A stretch of 64,000 nt of DNA from a virus. The notes under the pieces are model-generated. The model was given only the letters and a program-made list of their open reading frames with translations. It searched no databases and was not told the DNA's origin. The position numbers and the translations under genes are program-made. Location of the stretch: IMG/VR virus record IMGVR_UViG_3300046791_000499, positions 79,094 to 143,093 of that record; one strand, written 5' to 3'. Shown piece after piece: positions 27,486 through 36,494 of this stretch (position 1 is the first letter of the stretch; the number at the start of each line of letters is the position of its first letter).

Positions 27486-28505
27486 TCATTCGCCCAACAT
27501 GGCGACCCAGGTGTTCCCGTCGACCACACCGGTCTCGGGCAGCGCCATCTCGCGCTGGAACGCCTTCACCGCGTCGAGCGTCTTGGGGCCCGGGAGCCCA
27601 TCCGGGAAGCCTTCGTCGTCCACGAGCCCATCGGGACCGAAGCCCCAGGCGAGCAGCAAACCTTGGATCTCTTTGAGATGCTGGTCGACGGTGCCCTTGG
27701 TCAAGGTCGCGACCGACACGACGTGGAAGATCCCGCCGGTCCGTCGGGGCACGGGCGGCAGGACCGGGTGAGACGTGGCCAGGCAGGCGAGGAACTCGAT
27801 CACGTCATCATCCTCCATGACCGAATTGATGGTCCAGTAGCAGACGCGCTTGATGCCGGCTGCGACCACGTCATCGATGCATGGCTGCATCGTGGAGACC
27901 GCGTCGTCGGCCTGCTTGTACCCGGCCAAGCCCATGATCCACCCCTCGACCGGCTCGCCGTACCGTTCCCGCCATTCACCGAGGCTGTAGGTGACGACCT
28001 TGTCGGGGCTCGACTGGCTCTCCTCGGTTGCGTAGGACTGGGGCGACCAGACGACGCAGACCTTGGCGAGTTCGACCAGCTCGGTGAGCGCGGCCCCGAT
28101 GCCCGACAGCCCCAGCCGCGGGAACACGCGCTCGGCCTTCGCTGCCGCCGCCGCGTAATCGAAGCACCCGGTGGCGTCGCACCACGGCCCCTCGGCGTCC
28201 CACATGAGCAGGGTGGCGCCCGTGCTGGCGATCAAGCCGGGCAGCACGGCGAGGGCCCCGTCCATGAACAAGTCGTGGGGCATGATCCACGACGTCAGGT
28301 GGACCTCGATACCGGCGTCGCGGCACGCCTTGGCCATCGCGTTGATCTTGTCAACCGGAAACGTCGAAAACGCCGTAGGCCCACGAGCTTTCAAGAAGTC
28401 GTTGAGCATCAAGTTGGCCACCTTTACCTTGGCGGCCTGCAGATTTCGGATCGTCTCCGCTGGGTCAGAGAAGCAGGATGATGGTAGCCAGGCGTGTACT
28501 CGCAC
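27486..28505 (-). CDS. Endolysin-like protein: glycoside hydrolase-like domain + C-terminal peptidoglycan-binding domain
   Basis: IQGLL...DGLPGPKTLDAVKAFQREMALPETGVVDGNTW (PG_binding_1); WDAEGPW and PQSY motifs. Confidence 0.75.
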   Translation of the reverse strand: MRVHAWLPSSCFSDPAETIRNLQAAKVKVANLMLNDFLKARGPTAFSTFPVDKINAMAKACRDAGIEVHLTSWIMPHDLFMDGALAVLPGLIASTGATLLMWDAEGPWCDATGCFDYAAAAAKAERVFPRLGLSGIGAALTELVELAKVCVVWSPQSYATEESQSSPDKVVTYSLGEWRERYGEPVEGWIMGLAGYKQADDAVSTMQPCIDDVVAAGIKRVCYWTINSVMEDDDVIEFLACLATSHPVLPPVPRRTGGIFHVVSVATLTKGTVDQHLKEIQGLLLAWGFGPDGLVDDEGFPDGLPGPKTLDAVKAFQREMALPETGVVDGNTWVAMLGE

Positions 28506-28794
28506 GCGCGGAAGGTATCACCGCTCACTCGCCGTGCGGAGGTCTATCTCGCAGGGCCTCGCACCGATCGCCGTCACCGAGCCTCGCGTGGACGAACCTG
28601 AACCCCGTCCACGCGAGAGGCTGACCGCATCGTGGGCATGTACGCATCAATCTGCCGTCTTCGGATCCGCTGGTCACCGCGCTACCACGGTTCCTCATGG
28701 GGCTTGCGCATGATCTTGTGCATGACCGAGCCTCCGACCACGGCGGCCTCGAAATCGCTGACGCCGTGATCGCACCAACTGCACTTTGCCCTGT

Positions 28795-30330
28795 TCATGG
28801 CTGGTCCTCTCCATCGTCCGCTGGCGACGCGAGCCCACACCCGAGCGCGAGCACGCGGACACACGCACGCTGCTTGGCTACCTTCGCCGAAGAGGCGACG
28901 ACCCATTTGGTGGCGAACGTCTCCCCGTTGGCTCGGACCGCGGCCTTGACCGCATGGACCAGCGCATGCTCGGGCCCGCGGCGGTCGGTCTCGTAGTCGA
29001 TGCCGCTCCATCCCGCCATCTGCCGACAGAGCATCGCCACCGACACAGCCAGGTGCGGGTTCTCGGCAAGGTAGCTGACGACGGCCTGGCGAAGTCCGGC
29101 CCAGGCCGCGACCTCGGGCGTTTGCATCGGCTCGATCAAGACCGTGAACAGGTCGAGGATCGGCGCGGAGCCGGTCCCCATGCGGCGCTTGAACTCGCGG
29201 GCGAACGCGTCGTTGTAGGAGCCAGACCGCGCGAGCACCTTGGCCACGCGCTCGAACGCCTTCACCGGCAGCGCTGCATAGTCCTCCGTCCGAATGTTCT
29301 CCTCCGCGCGCGCCGTCGCCTGCGTTCGGCCGACATGACTGGCGCGCTCTCGAAGGGCCTCCGTCCGCGCGTTGATGTGGTCGCAGATCCGCGCGATATC
29401 CTCGTGGCTGTAGGGGAGCGCATCGCCTCGGATCCACGCGGTCAACTGCCGCTGGGTCACGAGGTCCGCGAGGCGTCGGATCGGTGACGTGCAATGTAGG
29501 TACCCCGGCAGGTTCAGGCCGAAGTGTCCACGCAGCCGCGACCCGTACTCGGCGCGGTTCATGGACATGTGGGCGTGCAGCCGTAGCAATTCCACGCCCG
29601 CGAGCGGCGTGGCGAGAGCAGCGTTGATCTGGCTCATGAGATCGGCGCGGTCGGGCGCGTGGATCTTGGCCGTGTGGTTGCGCCACGGCACCGGGATCTC
29701 GTGCTCGGCGCACAGCCTGGCGACCTCGGCGTTGGCCAGGATCATCATCTCCTGCACGATGATGTGGCCGATCGTCTCGCGGGTGTCTTTGAGGCGATGC
29801 AGCGCGCCGTCCTCGGTCGTGACCCAGCCAGTGTTCAAGTCGTAGAACACGAGCGCTCCCCGAGCCCGCCGCTTGTCCATGAGCGCGGAGGCCAAGACGG
29901 ACATCGTCTCCATCGGCTGGTGAAACTCATGCGCCATGTCGGCGAGCACGGCGGGGATCTCCGTGTAGGCGAAGCGCTTGCGGCTGGTGAACACCACGCG
30001 CTTGACCTCGGGCAACGCCAGCGGCTCGAGCCCATGATCGAGCAGCATGACGATCCGCATGCCCTGCCGGCGCTCGCCCTCGAGCAGCGACGCCTTGGCC
30101 TCGACCTCCCGGCTGAGCATGGGATGGGTCATGCCATTGGGGAGGTAGCGCGTCTCGACTCGCTCGACCGCGGCGTCGTCCATGCGTGTGCCGATGCCGA
30201 CGCGGTACGCGACGTCGGCGATCGTGACCGTGATCTTCCAGCGTCCGTCCGCGTGCTCGGCCCACACAGCGTCGTCGAGATCCTGCGAATGGCTTGCGTC
30301 GATCGTAACGCCTTTGTCCGTCTTCGTCAT
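28795..30330 (-). CDS. RNase II/R-family (RNB) exoribonuclease with C-terminal dsRBD
   Basis: TIDASHSQDLDDA, QEMMILAN, HFGLN..YLHCTSPIRRLADL; GPEH...SAKVAKQRAC; frame is open upstream to GTG 30627. Confidence 0.85.
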   Translation of the reverse strand: MTKTDKGVTIDASHSQDLDDAVWAEHADGRWKITVTIADVAYRVGIGTRMDDAAVERVETRYLPNGMTHPMLSREVEAKASLLEGERRQGMRIVMLLDHGLEPLALPEVKRVVFTSRKRFAYTEIPAVLADMAHEFHQPMETMSVLASALMDKRRARGALVFYDLNTGWVTTEDGALHRLKDTRETIGHIIVQEMMILANAEVARLCAEHEIPVPWRNHTAKIHAPDRADLMSQINAALATPLAGVELLRLHAHMSMNRAEYGSRLRGHFGLNLPGYLHCTSPIRRLADLVTQRQLTAWIRGDALPYSHEDIARICDHINARTEALRERASHVGRTQATARAEENIRTEDYAALPVKAFERVAKVLARSGSYNDAFAREFKRRMGTGSAPILDLFTVLIEPMQTPEVAAWAGLRQAVVSYLAENPHLAVSVAMLCRQMAGWSGIDYETDRRGPEHALVHAVKAAVRANGETFATKWVVASSAKVAKQRACVRVLALGCGLASPADDGEDQP

Positions 30331-30342
30331 GGCTGGTCCTCT
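28795..30342. repeat. 16-bp direct repeat TCATGGCTGGTCCTCT bracketing the RNB gene
   Basis: Identical at 28795-28810 and 30327-30342. Confidence 0.85.
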
Positions 30343-30623
30343 TTGATCCTCGGGGAAGGTCATCGCGCACGGGCTCGAGCACGCGGGGCACATGTCTCCA
30401 TCGACCTCGCTCTTGATCACGTGCCGAGAGACGTGGCCTTGCGTGCACCGAACCGTGAACTGGTCGTACCAACGGTCGGGCATCCCCATGAACATGCGGC
30501 CCCCTGCCTCGCGCTCGCGAGCGGCAGCGGCATCCCGGCGAGCCACGAGGGCGGCGATCTCCGCGTCGATCGATGAAGCCGCCGGAGGCTCGAACGCCTT
30601 GGGGTCGATCGGATCGAAGGTGA

Positions 30624-30998
30624 TCACAGGGTCAACTCCATGTGCTCGACTGCGCGCTTGGTGATCTGGACGCCGAGCTGCCCGTCGATGTCGACCCACT
30701 CGAGCCAGTTGCTGCGGATCGTCTCGAGCAGCCGACTGCCCCGGGAGGTCTCCTTGAACACGACCATGCGGGTGCTGTGCGGCGCGCTCGCGGAGACGTC
30801 GTCGAGGTTCCACCCGTCCATGACGATCTCGCCAGTACGGACAGGACGCCAGGTCTCGCCGCATGCCTTGGCCACGGCGAGTAGGACCATCTCGGTGTCG
30901 CGGTGGCCGGTGAGGCTGTGGGCTCCCGAGCGGATGAGCCGGGCTGGGGTGATGGTGCAGGTGTTCGTATCCATGGGGTTTAGTTGTTGCTCGCTCAT
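30624..30998 (-). CDS. Hypothetical protein
   Basis: Coupled to neighbours. Confidence 0.5.
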   Translation of the reverse strand: MSEQQLNPMDTNTCTITPARLIRSGAHSLTGHRDTEMVLLAVAKACGETWRPVRTGEIVMDGWNLDDVSASAPHSTRMVVFKETSRGSRLLETIRSNWLEWVDIDGQLGVQITKRAVEHMELTL

Positions 30999-31000
30999 GG

Positions 31001-31432
31001 TCACCCAAACAGCCAATCCGAGATCACGGCGGTCGCTACGAGAGCGAAGATGAGCGTCCCGAACGGACCCCAACCCCACACGCCAGCGCCGAGCACCCCG
31101 AAGGTCATGAACGTGACGAGACGGAGACCGCTGCGAGCGGGGCTGGACCTCTTGGCGACGGCCGTGGTCGCGGTGGCACGCATTTCGGTACGCTGCCCGT
31201 TGGAGACCGAGACGACCTCGGCCTCGATCGTGCCCGGCGGTTCGGGCTCGCGGGTGTTGGTCGGCACGTACGGCGAGCGCGGATCTGGTCGGAACACTGG
31301 GACCTGCGTGATCGTGTAGCCATCGTTCGGAGCGCGACCGCGCTGCAGGCGTTCTTTGAGTTCGGTCAGATCCGGGGGCGCGGGCCGACGCGGATCTCGT
31401 GGGGTTCGTGGCGGACGGTCAGACCTGGCCAT
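31001..31432 (-). CDS. Hypothetical membrane protein
   Basis: Two C-terminal TM helices; RBS GGAGG. Confidence 0.55.
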   Translation of the reverse strand: MARSDRPPRTPRDPRRPAPPDLTELKERLQRGRAPNDGYTITQVPVFRPDPRSPYVPTNTREPEPPGTIEAEVVSVSNGQRTEMRATATTAVAKRSSPARSGLRLVTFMTFGVLGAGVWGWGPFGTLIFALVATAVISDWLFG

Positions 31433-31916
31433 GCTCGCCTCCGGTCTCGGGCTGGGGCCGCGTGTGGATGACGACCGGGGTCTCGTGGAACAGGTCCATC
31501 GTGTGCCGGCCGTAGGATTTGGGCGCGAAGATACTCGCTTGCACCAATCCGACCTTGCCCTTGGCTGTGTCGTAGACCCTGACCTCATCGATGATCCAGA
31601 TGGGCACCGGTGGCTGGCGGACGGAGCCGAGGCTTGATGCTGTCCCCTCGCCGGATGCACCCTTCACGAGCACGTCGCCAGGTCGAAGCTCATCGGCACG
31701 AACGACCACGATGTCCGGCTTGGGCGGCGGCCTCTCGGGCTCGGGGTCCAGCCGCTTCGGGCTCGTCTCGTACCAGATCAGGAACGGAGCGAGGAAGGCC
31801 ATCGCCAGCGCGATGAACGGGCTGACCAACGCGAGCCCCAGCCGCGCGATCGTCCGCCCAACCGGGCTTTCGATCTGCTGGATCCGTTCGATGGTGATGG
31901 GACGTCGCTTGCTCAT
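31419..31916 (-). CDS. Hypothetical membrane protein
   Basis: TM helix; start revised to ATG 31916 behind ECF-type promoter. Confidence 0.55.
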   Translation of the reverse strand: MSKRRPITIERIQQIESPVGRTIARLGLALVSPFIALAMAFLAPFLIWYETSPKRLDPEPERPPPKPDIVVVRADELRPGDVLVKGASGEGTASSLGSVRQPPVPIWIIDEVRVYDTAKGKVGLVQASIFAPKSYGRHTMDLFHETPVVIHTRPQPETGGEHGQV

Positions 31917-31925
31917 GCCGGCCTC

Positions 31926-31951
31926 GACCGCGCTCGCGCCCCGCTCATTCC
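31926..31951 (-). promoter_or_regulatory. ECF-type promoter GGAAT-N18-GTC
   Basis: 9 nt before ATG 31916. Confidence 0.7.
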
Positions 31952-31966
31952 CGCCGCGCCCTTGCG

Positions 31967-31991
31967 GGAATGCCAGCGATGCTGGATGGTT
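31967..31991 (+). promoter_or_regulatory. ECF-type promoter GGAAT-N17-GTT facing the portal gene
   Basis: Divergent from 31926-31951; no start codon at the usual 8-10 nt. Confidence 0.5.
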
Positions 31992-32142
31992 GAACCTTCG
32001 CACCGCAGCCGGCGGCATGCTGCTCAGGGAGAGCCTGAGAGGACTTCTCGGTTGGTTCATCTGGTTCATGAAACACCGTCGGCTGCGGTAGCCTTGCGTG
32101 CTCAGCTTTCAGAGCAGACGCCAATGCGGTAGGCTATCCCGC

Positions 32143-34401
32143 GTGCGCGACGCTCGGCAGGATGGACTCGTCAATGCGGTCACCGGTCTCGGGGACGACG
32201 AGATCGACCTCCGGCTGCACACCCACCGGATCCCGTCGTATCAGCGATCGGTCTACGAGTACGAGTCGGAGTGGCGCGACAACGCCTACGCCCAACGCGA
32301 GGTCAGCCAGGTTTCTGGCGACATCTTCCGCGAGGGGCTCGACCTCATCAACGTCAAACCCGAAGCGATCGACATCGGCGCTCTCAAGAGCTGGCTCGAG
32401 GGGGACACTACTCCCAACCCCGACGGATCGATCAACCGCACGGAGGGCCTGCTCAATTACGCAGAAAAGCTCATCGAGCAGGGTGACAAGGTCGGCGGGG
32501 CTGCCCTCTACGTGATCGTCGACGACGGCTTGGATCCCGTCCACCCGCTCGACTGGCGCCGGATCCAGCGGGTCGTCGCCTGGGTCGTCCTCGATCGGTC
32601 CGAGATCGTGCCCTACATCTCCGAGGGCATGGGCATGGAGCCCGAGTATTGGATGCTTTCCGACGTGCTCTCGACCGCGAAGGTCCAGGGCGGCAAACGG
32701 CAAGCGCTGCGGCCCGGTCAGGTCATCCATCACACCCGGCTTTGGCGACACAAGGGGATCCCGCTGAGCGCCCGCGAGGAACGACTCCGGCAGTTCTGGG
32801 GCGGGTCCGTGCTCGAGGTCAACTGGGATGCCCGCCGCGCGATCGAGGAGGGGACCACCTACGCGAACACCTACCTCCATCGCGCCAGCATGATCCACGT
32901 GTCGCTCGCCGAACTGAACGAGATCTACGGGGCCAAGGATCCAGAGACTGGACAGGAGATCGGGACCGAAGTCATCGACCGGCGCATGCGGCAGTTCCGG
33001 CGCATTGCCTCGACCTTGGACATCATGCTGACCGATGGCGGCCGGCAGGGGTCGAAGTCGTCTGACGGGCTCACGGAAATCCAAGGCCGCAACCCGGACA
33101 AGGTCGAGAGCGTCGTCGAACGCACCGGTGATCTGATCCCGATCGTCGAGTTGAACCGGACCCAATGGCAGAGCGGCTGGGGGGCCCCGCGCGAGATCGC
33201 ATTCGGCGAGCAAACGAGCGCCCTGCGTGGTGGCGACAGCAAAGGGGCTTGGCAGTCCTGGCAAGGTACGATCGATCTCAAGCGCAAGAAGAAGCGCGTC
33301 ATCGGCTTGGTCAACTGGATGCTGACGATCACGTTCGCCTCCCGCGAGGGCCCGACGCACGGCTTGATTCCCACGCAATGGGAGCAGCAATGGCGCCCGC
33401 TTCATGTCCCGTCGGCGATGGAGAAGGCCACGATCGACAAGGCCCGTGCCGACGCCGACAACGCCAGGATCGGGACGCAGGTGGTCACGGCCGAAGAGGT
33501 CCGGCAGCAGCGGATCGTCAACGGCGACGTCGAAGGTCAGCTCACCGTCACCGAAGTGCCGAACTCCGAGAAGGTCACGATCGTCCCGCCAGCTCATGTC
33601 GGTATCGCCAAGGCGATGCTCGACGGTGCGATGGCCGTTGCGACTGGCCAGATCACCAAGGAGTTCTACGCCCGGTACCTGCTGGCGATCGACGGCGCGC
33701 GGTTCACCGAAGAGGAGGCCAATCGCATCGCCGATCAGGCGGCGGCTGGGATCGTTCCGGGAGCGGCGGCGGCCGAGGTCACCACCGACTCGGCGTCTCC
33801 CGTTACCGCGGCCACCGTCATGGCTTCGGGGGGCCAGGTTGCGCAGGGCAAGATGGCCCCGGAGTTCTTCGAAGAGGCGCTGCAGACCCTCGACCCCGAG
33901 CAGTTCGATCCCGAGACGGCAGCTCGGCTGCGCGCGGCAGCGGAAGGGAACGATCCTGACGCGCCCGCGCTCCCGCCCGACGCCCCGCTGGTCGCCCCAG
34001 TTGGAGCAGCCACGGCAGTCGCACCAGCCCTGCCGACGACCGACGCCGCGACGCCCGAGGGTCAGCCATCGCCCGCCCCAGCCGCGCCCATCGAGCCCAA
34101 GGCCAACCCCTTCGCCGTACTCGCCGAGATCCCCGACGATCTCATGACACCCGAGCAGATCGTGGCGGAGATCAAGCTACGCACGCCGCTCCCGATCACC
34201 ACTCGCCACGTCCATGCGATCGCCAAGAAGCACGCGGTCAGGCGCGGGAAGATCAGCGGGGTCACGGGGTACTCGGCCGGCGACGTCGCCACCGCGCTCG
34301 CTCGCGACAACGGGCTACTCCCGCCGGCTGCCGAAGTCGACGAACCCGTGGTCGATGAGTCGCTGGTCGATGGTGGCGAGCCAGAGCCCCTGGTCGAGTA
34401 G
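32143..34401 (+). CDS. Portal protein (DUF1073-type) with long C-terminal extension
   Basis: DGLVNAVTGLG start, IHHTRL...WGGSVL, W-x-x-x-WRPL...EEVR; GTG 32143 lies 7 nt after a TAGGCT -10-like box. Confidence 0.85.
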   Translation: MRDARQDGLVNAVTGLGDDEIDLRLHTHRIPSYQRSVYEYESEWRDNAYAQREVSQVSGDIFREGLDLINVKPEAIDIGALKSWLEGDTTPNPDGSINRTEGLLNYAEKLIEQGDKVGGAALYVIVDDGLDPVHPLDWRRIQRVVAWVVLDRSEIVPYISEGMGMEPEYWMLSDVLSTAKVQGGKRQALRPGQVIHHTRLWRHKGIPLSAREERLRQFWGGSVLEVNWDARRAIEEGTTYANTYLHRASMIHVSLAELNEIYGAKDPETGQEIGTEVIDRRMRQFRRIASTLDIMLTDGGRQGSKSSDGLTEIQGRNPDKVESVVERTGDLIPIVELNRTQWQSGWGAPREIAFGEQTSALRGGDSKGAWQSWQGTIDLKRKKKRVIGLVNWMLTITFASREGPTHGLIPTQWEQQWRPLHVPSAMEKATIDKARADADNARIGTQVVTAEEVRQQRIVNGDVEGQLTVTEVPNSEKVTIVPPAHVGIAKAMLDGAMAVATGQITKEFYARYLLAIDGARFTEEEANRIADQAAAGIVPGAAAAEVTTDSASPVTAATVMASGGQVAQGKMAPEFFEEALQTLDPEQFDPETAARLRAAAEGNDPDAPALPPDAPLVAPVGAATAVAPALPTTDAATPEGQPSPAPAAPIEPKANPFAVLAEIPDDLMTPEQIVAEIKLRTPLPITTRHVHAIAKKHAVRRGKISGVTGYSAGDVATALARDNGLLPPAAEVDEPVVDESLVDGGEPEPLVE

Positions 34402-34402
34402 G

Positions 34403-34428
34403 GGAATCCGCCCGCGCATCGGACGGTC
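34403..34428 (+). promoter_or_regulatory. ECF-type promoter GGAAT-N18-GTC
   Basis: 8 nt before GTG 34437. Confidence 0.7.
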
Positions 34429-34436
34429 ACCGCCGC

Positions 34437-34730
34437 GTGCGTCAGATGAAGGCCCACCGGTGCTCCGAGTGCAACGCCGTCTCCTACACGGGGCGCCCCG
34501 GCCTGTACCCGGATCAGTGCATTCCCCACAAGGAGACCTGCTCGGTCTATCCGAGCGCCGGCCAGCGCCAAGTTCTGGCCGAGGCCGACCGGCAGCGACG
34601 GGTCGATTTGGCGCGCACGACCACCGCTCGCCTGATCGAGCGTGGGTTCCTCTCGGCCGAGGTCCAGTTCGACGCGGTGAAGCTGAGCGCCAGCGATGCC
34701 GCGCGGCTGCTCGTCGACATCGGCGGCTGA
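34437..34730 (+). CDS. Small Zn-binding hypothetical protein
   Basis: CSEC...HKETC; promoter upstream. Confidence 0.55.
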   Translation: MRQMKAHRCSECNAVSYTGRPGLYPDQCIPHKETCSVYPSAGQRQVLAEADRQRRVDLARTTTARLIERGFLSAEVQFDAVKLSASDAARLLVDIGG

Positions 34731-34731
34731 C

Positions 34732-35805
34732 CTACCTCGCGCCCTGCCGGATGCCCAAGCGCCGGCCAAGCTGCTGGCCCACATGTCGAGCGTGCTGGCG
34801 CCGTCGTGGGTCCCGGGCTCGCTCGGCTTCGGCCATGGCTTCGAGAGCCTCGCCAACGATCTCGGCCGTTGGGCGGTGGCCGATCTCGAACGTGACGGGT
34901 TCGGCCCCGCCAAACGCGACGGTGTAGGTTCCGGCGGTTGCAGCACTGGCCACGACGGTCGTCACGGGACCGCGCGGCTCGTTGAACATGCGCTCGAGTT
35001 CGTCGCGTATCTGCGTGGTCGTCCGGCCCTCGCCGGCCTCGGGGACCGAGTACTCGTGCTCGCGCCCGTTGATCGAGATCGTGTAGATGCCGGGCTCGAG
35101 GTAGGCCGCCTTCGCTCGAGCAGCCTCCAACCAGTGCAAGAGCAAGACGACCTCGCCGGTGCCGTCTTGGATCTCATCGTCCTCGGACCAGCGGATGCCC
35201 CACGCGAGCGCGAGCCCGGCCGGGCAGCCGCTCGCGAGCCGACGATCAGCCTCGACCTGCAGGTTGGCCATCGCGGCGCCGAAGTCGACGGCCGTCAGGA
35301 ACGCTTGCGCGAGCGTCACGTGCTCGCGGCCGGTGCCGTCACACGCCTGGCATGGCCGCGATGCTCGGACCACGACGTGTGCTTGCCGTCGTGGTTGGCG
35401 CGTGCGTGGGCGCTTCTCCAGTACGGTGGTCCACCCGCGGCGCCCGTAGGACTGAACGCTCCCACGCGCACGGATCAAGCAGCCCTGGCCCTCCCATTCA
35501 TCCTGCGCCCACTCGATCGCTACCAGCTTCCTGGAGCCGCTCCGAGCGAGGCAAGCCGGGCACGGTCCGACGTCGAGCGTCCCGACGTCGAGTTCGACGA
35601 GCAGCGCCCACGCGAGCGCGATCGGTGGCGGCATCGTCCACGTGGCTGGCCCTGCTCCGAGCAGCATGACGCGGATCCCCTCGCGCACCGAGAAGACCTG
35701 CCAGCGGCTCTTGGTCTCCCTCACGTCGAGCGCGAGCCAGCACCCGCGACCACGAGCCCATCGCTCGAGCACGTCCTGCTGCGCCTCGTGTGTGGCGATC
35801 GTCAC
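34732..35805 (-). CDS. Zn-finger / TIGR02996-like motif protein with sheath-insert-like C-terminus
   Basis: CPAC, CQACDGTG, LQVEADRRLASGCPAG; GTGA coupling. Confidence 0.6.
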   Translation of the reverse strand: MTIATHEAQQDVLERWARGRGCWLALDVRETKSRWQVFSVREGIRVMLLGAGPATWTMPPPIALAWALLVELDVGTLDVGPCPACLARSGSRKLVAIEWAQDEWEGQGCLIRARGSVQSYGRRGWTTVLEKRPRTRQPRRQAHVVVRASRPCQACDGTGREHVTLAQAFLTAVDFGAAMANLQVEADRRLASGCPAGLALAWGIRWSEDDEIQDGTGEVVLLLHWLEAARAKAAYLEPGIYTISINGREHEYSVPEAGEGRTTTQIRDELERMFNEPRGPVTTVVASAATAGTYTVAFGGAEPVTFEIGHRPTAEIVGEALEAMAEAERARDPRRRQHARHVGQQLGRRLGIRQGAR

Positions 35806-36494
35806 TCGGTCTGCTCCTGCGCCGCTTTGGCTGCTCGCAGCAGCGCAATCACGGCCACCTTTCGCCATTCCGTGATCGGTGGAAGCCCTGCGATCTCGAG
35901 GCGTGGCGTCGCCAGCCAACACGCGAGACCGTCACCGAGCGGATCGCCGAGCCAGAGCCGTGCGTCTGCGAAGACGGAGAGCGCTTCCCTGGCCACGCTC
36001 ATGTTCTGCCAGGTCTCCAGCACGAGCCGCGCGACCTCGCTGGTGATCCCGCCCTCGCCGTCGCACTGCGGACACGGCCTCCTTCGCTTCGCAGGATCGT
36101 CAGGGTCTCGCTCCCACCCGAGCCCCGCTGCCTCGCCGAGCAGCGGCACGTCGGCCGGCATTCGCTTCCACTTCGAGCCCGCGCATGTGCGGCACCCCAT
36201 GGTGACCTTCGCGTTCGTCTCCAGCGCCCAGGCCCACAGGAGCAGAACGTCAGCGTCGCCGCATGGCCAGCACTTGCCGAGCCCGAAGATGATCAGGGGT
36301 GGCGGGGCTGAGCTTGGTCCTGGATCTTGGACGTGCCAGCCTCGTGGGCGCGAGCGTTCATGGGCTCCGACGGCGAAGCGACGGCCTGACGTTGCTGCCC
36401 ACGAGACCACCGCAAGGGCGGCCATCTCGTCGTCGGGCTCGCGCTCGCCAGCGCCCAGGCTCTCGATCAGCTCGTCGATGGTGAGGCTAGTCAT
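35802..36494 (-). CDS. Zn-finger / TIGR02996-like motif protein
   Basis: CRTCAGS, CPQCDGEG, LSVFADARLWLGDPLG. Confidence 0.6.
   Translation of the reverse strand: MTSLTIDELIESLGAGEREPDDEMAALAVVSWAATSGRRFAVGAHERSRPRGWHVQDPGPSSAPPPLIIFGLGKCWPCGDADVLLLWAWALETNAKVTMGCRTCAGSKWKRMPADVPLLGEAAGLGWERDPDDPAKRRRPCPQCDGEGGITSEVARLVLETWQNMSVAREALSVFADARLWLGDPLGDGLACWLATPRLEIAGLPPITEWRKVAVIALLRAAKAAQEQTE

Noticed and set aside
28795-31008. 737-aa RNase as listed in the ORF track
   Set aside because: The part above 30627 overlaps the real gene 30624-30998 in another frame
32017-32091. 24-aa hydrophobic ORF between the ECF-type promoter and the portal
   Set aside because: Too short, no RBS, and not at the 8-10 nt spacing; cannot be supported
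32143-34401. Calling the portal an anti-CBASS Acb1 protein
   Set aside because: DUF1073 portals are sometimes labelled this way, but this one has no paired HxT 2H domain; the 2H domain is in the protease polyprotein
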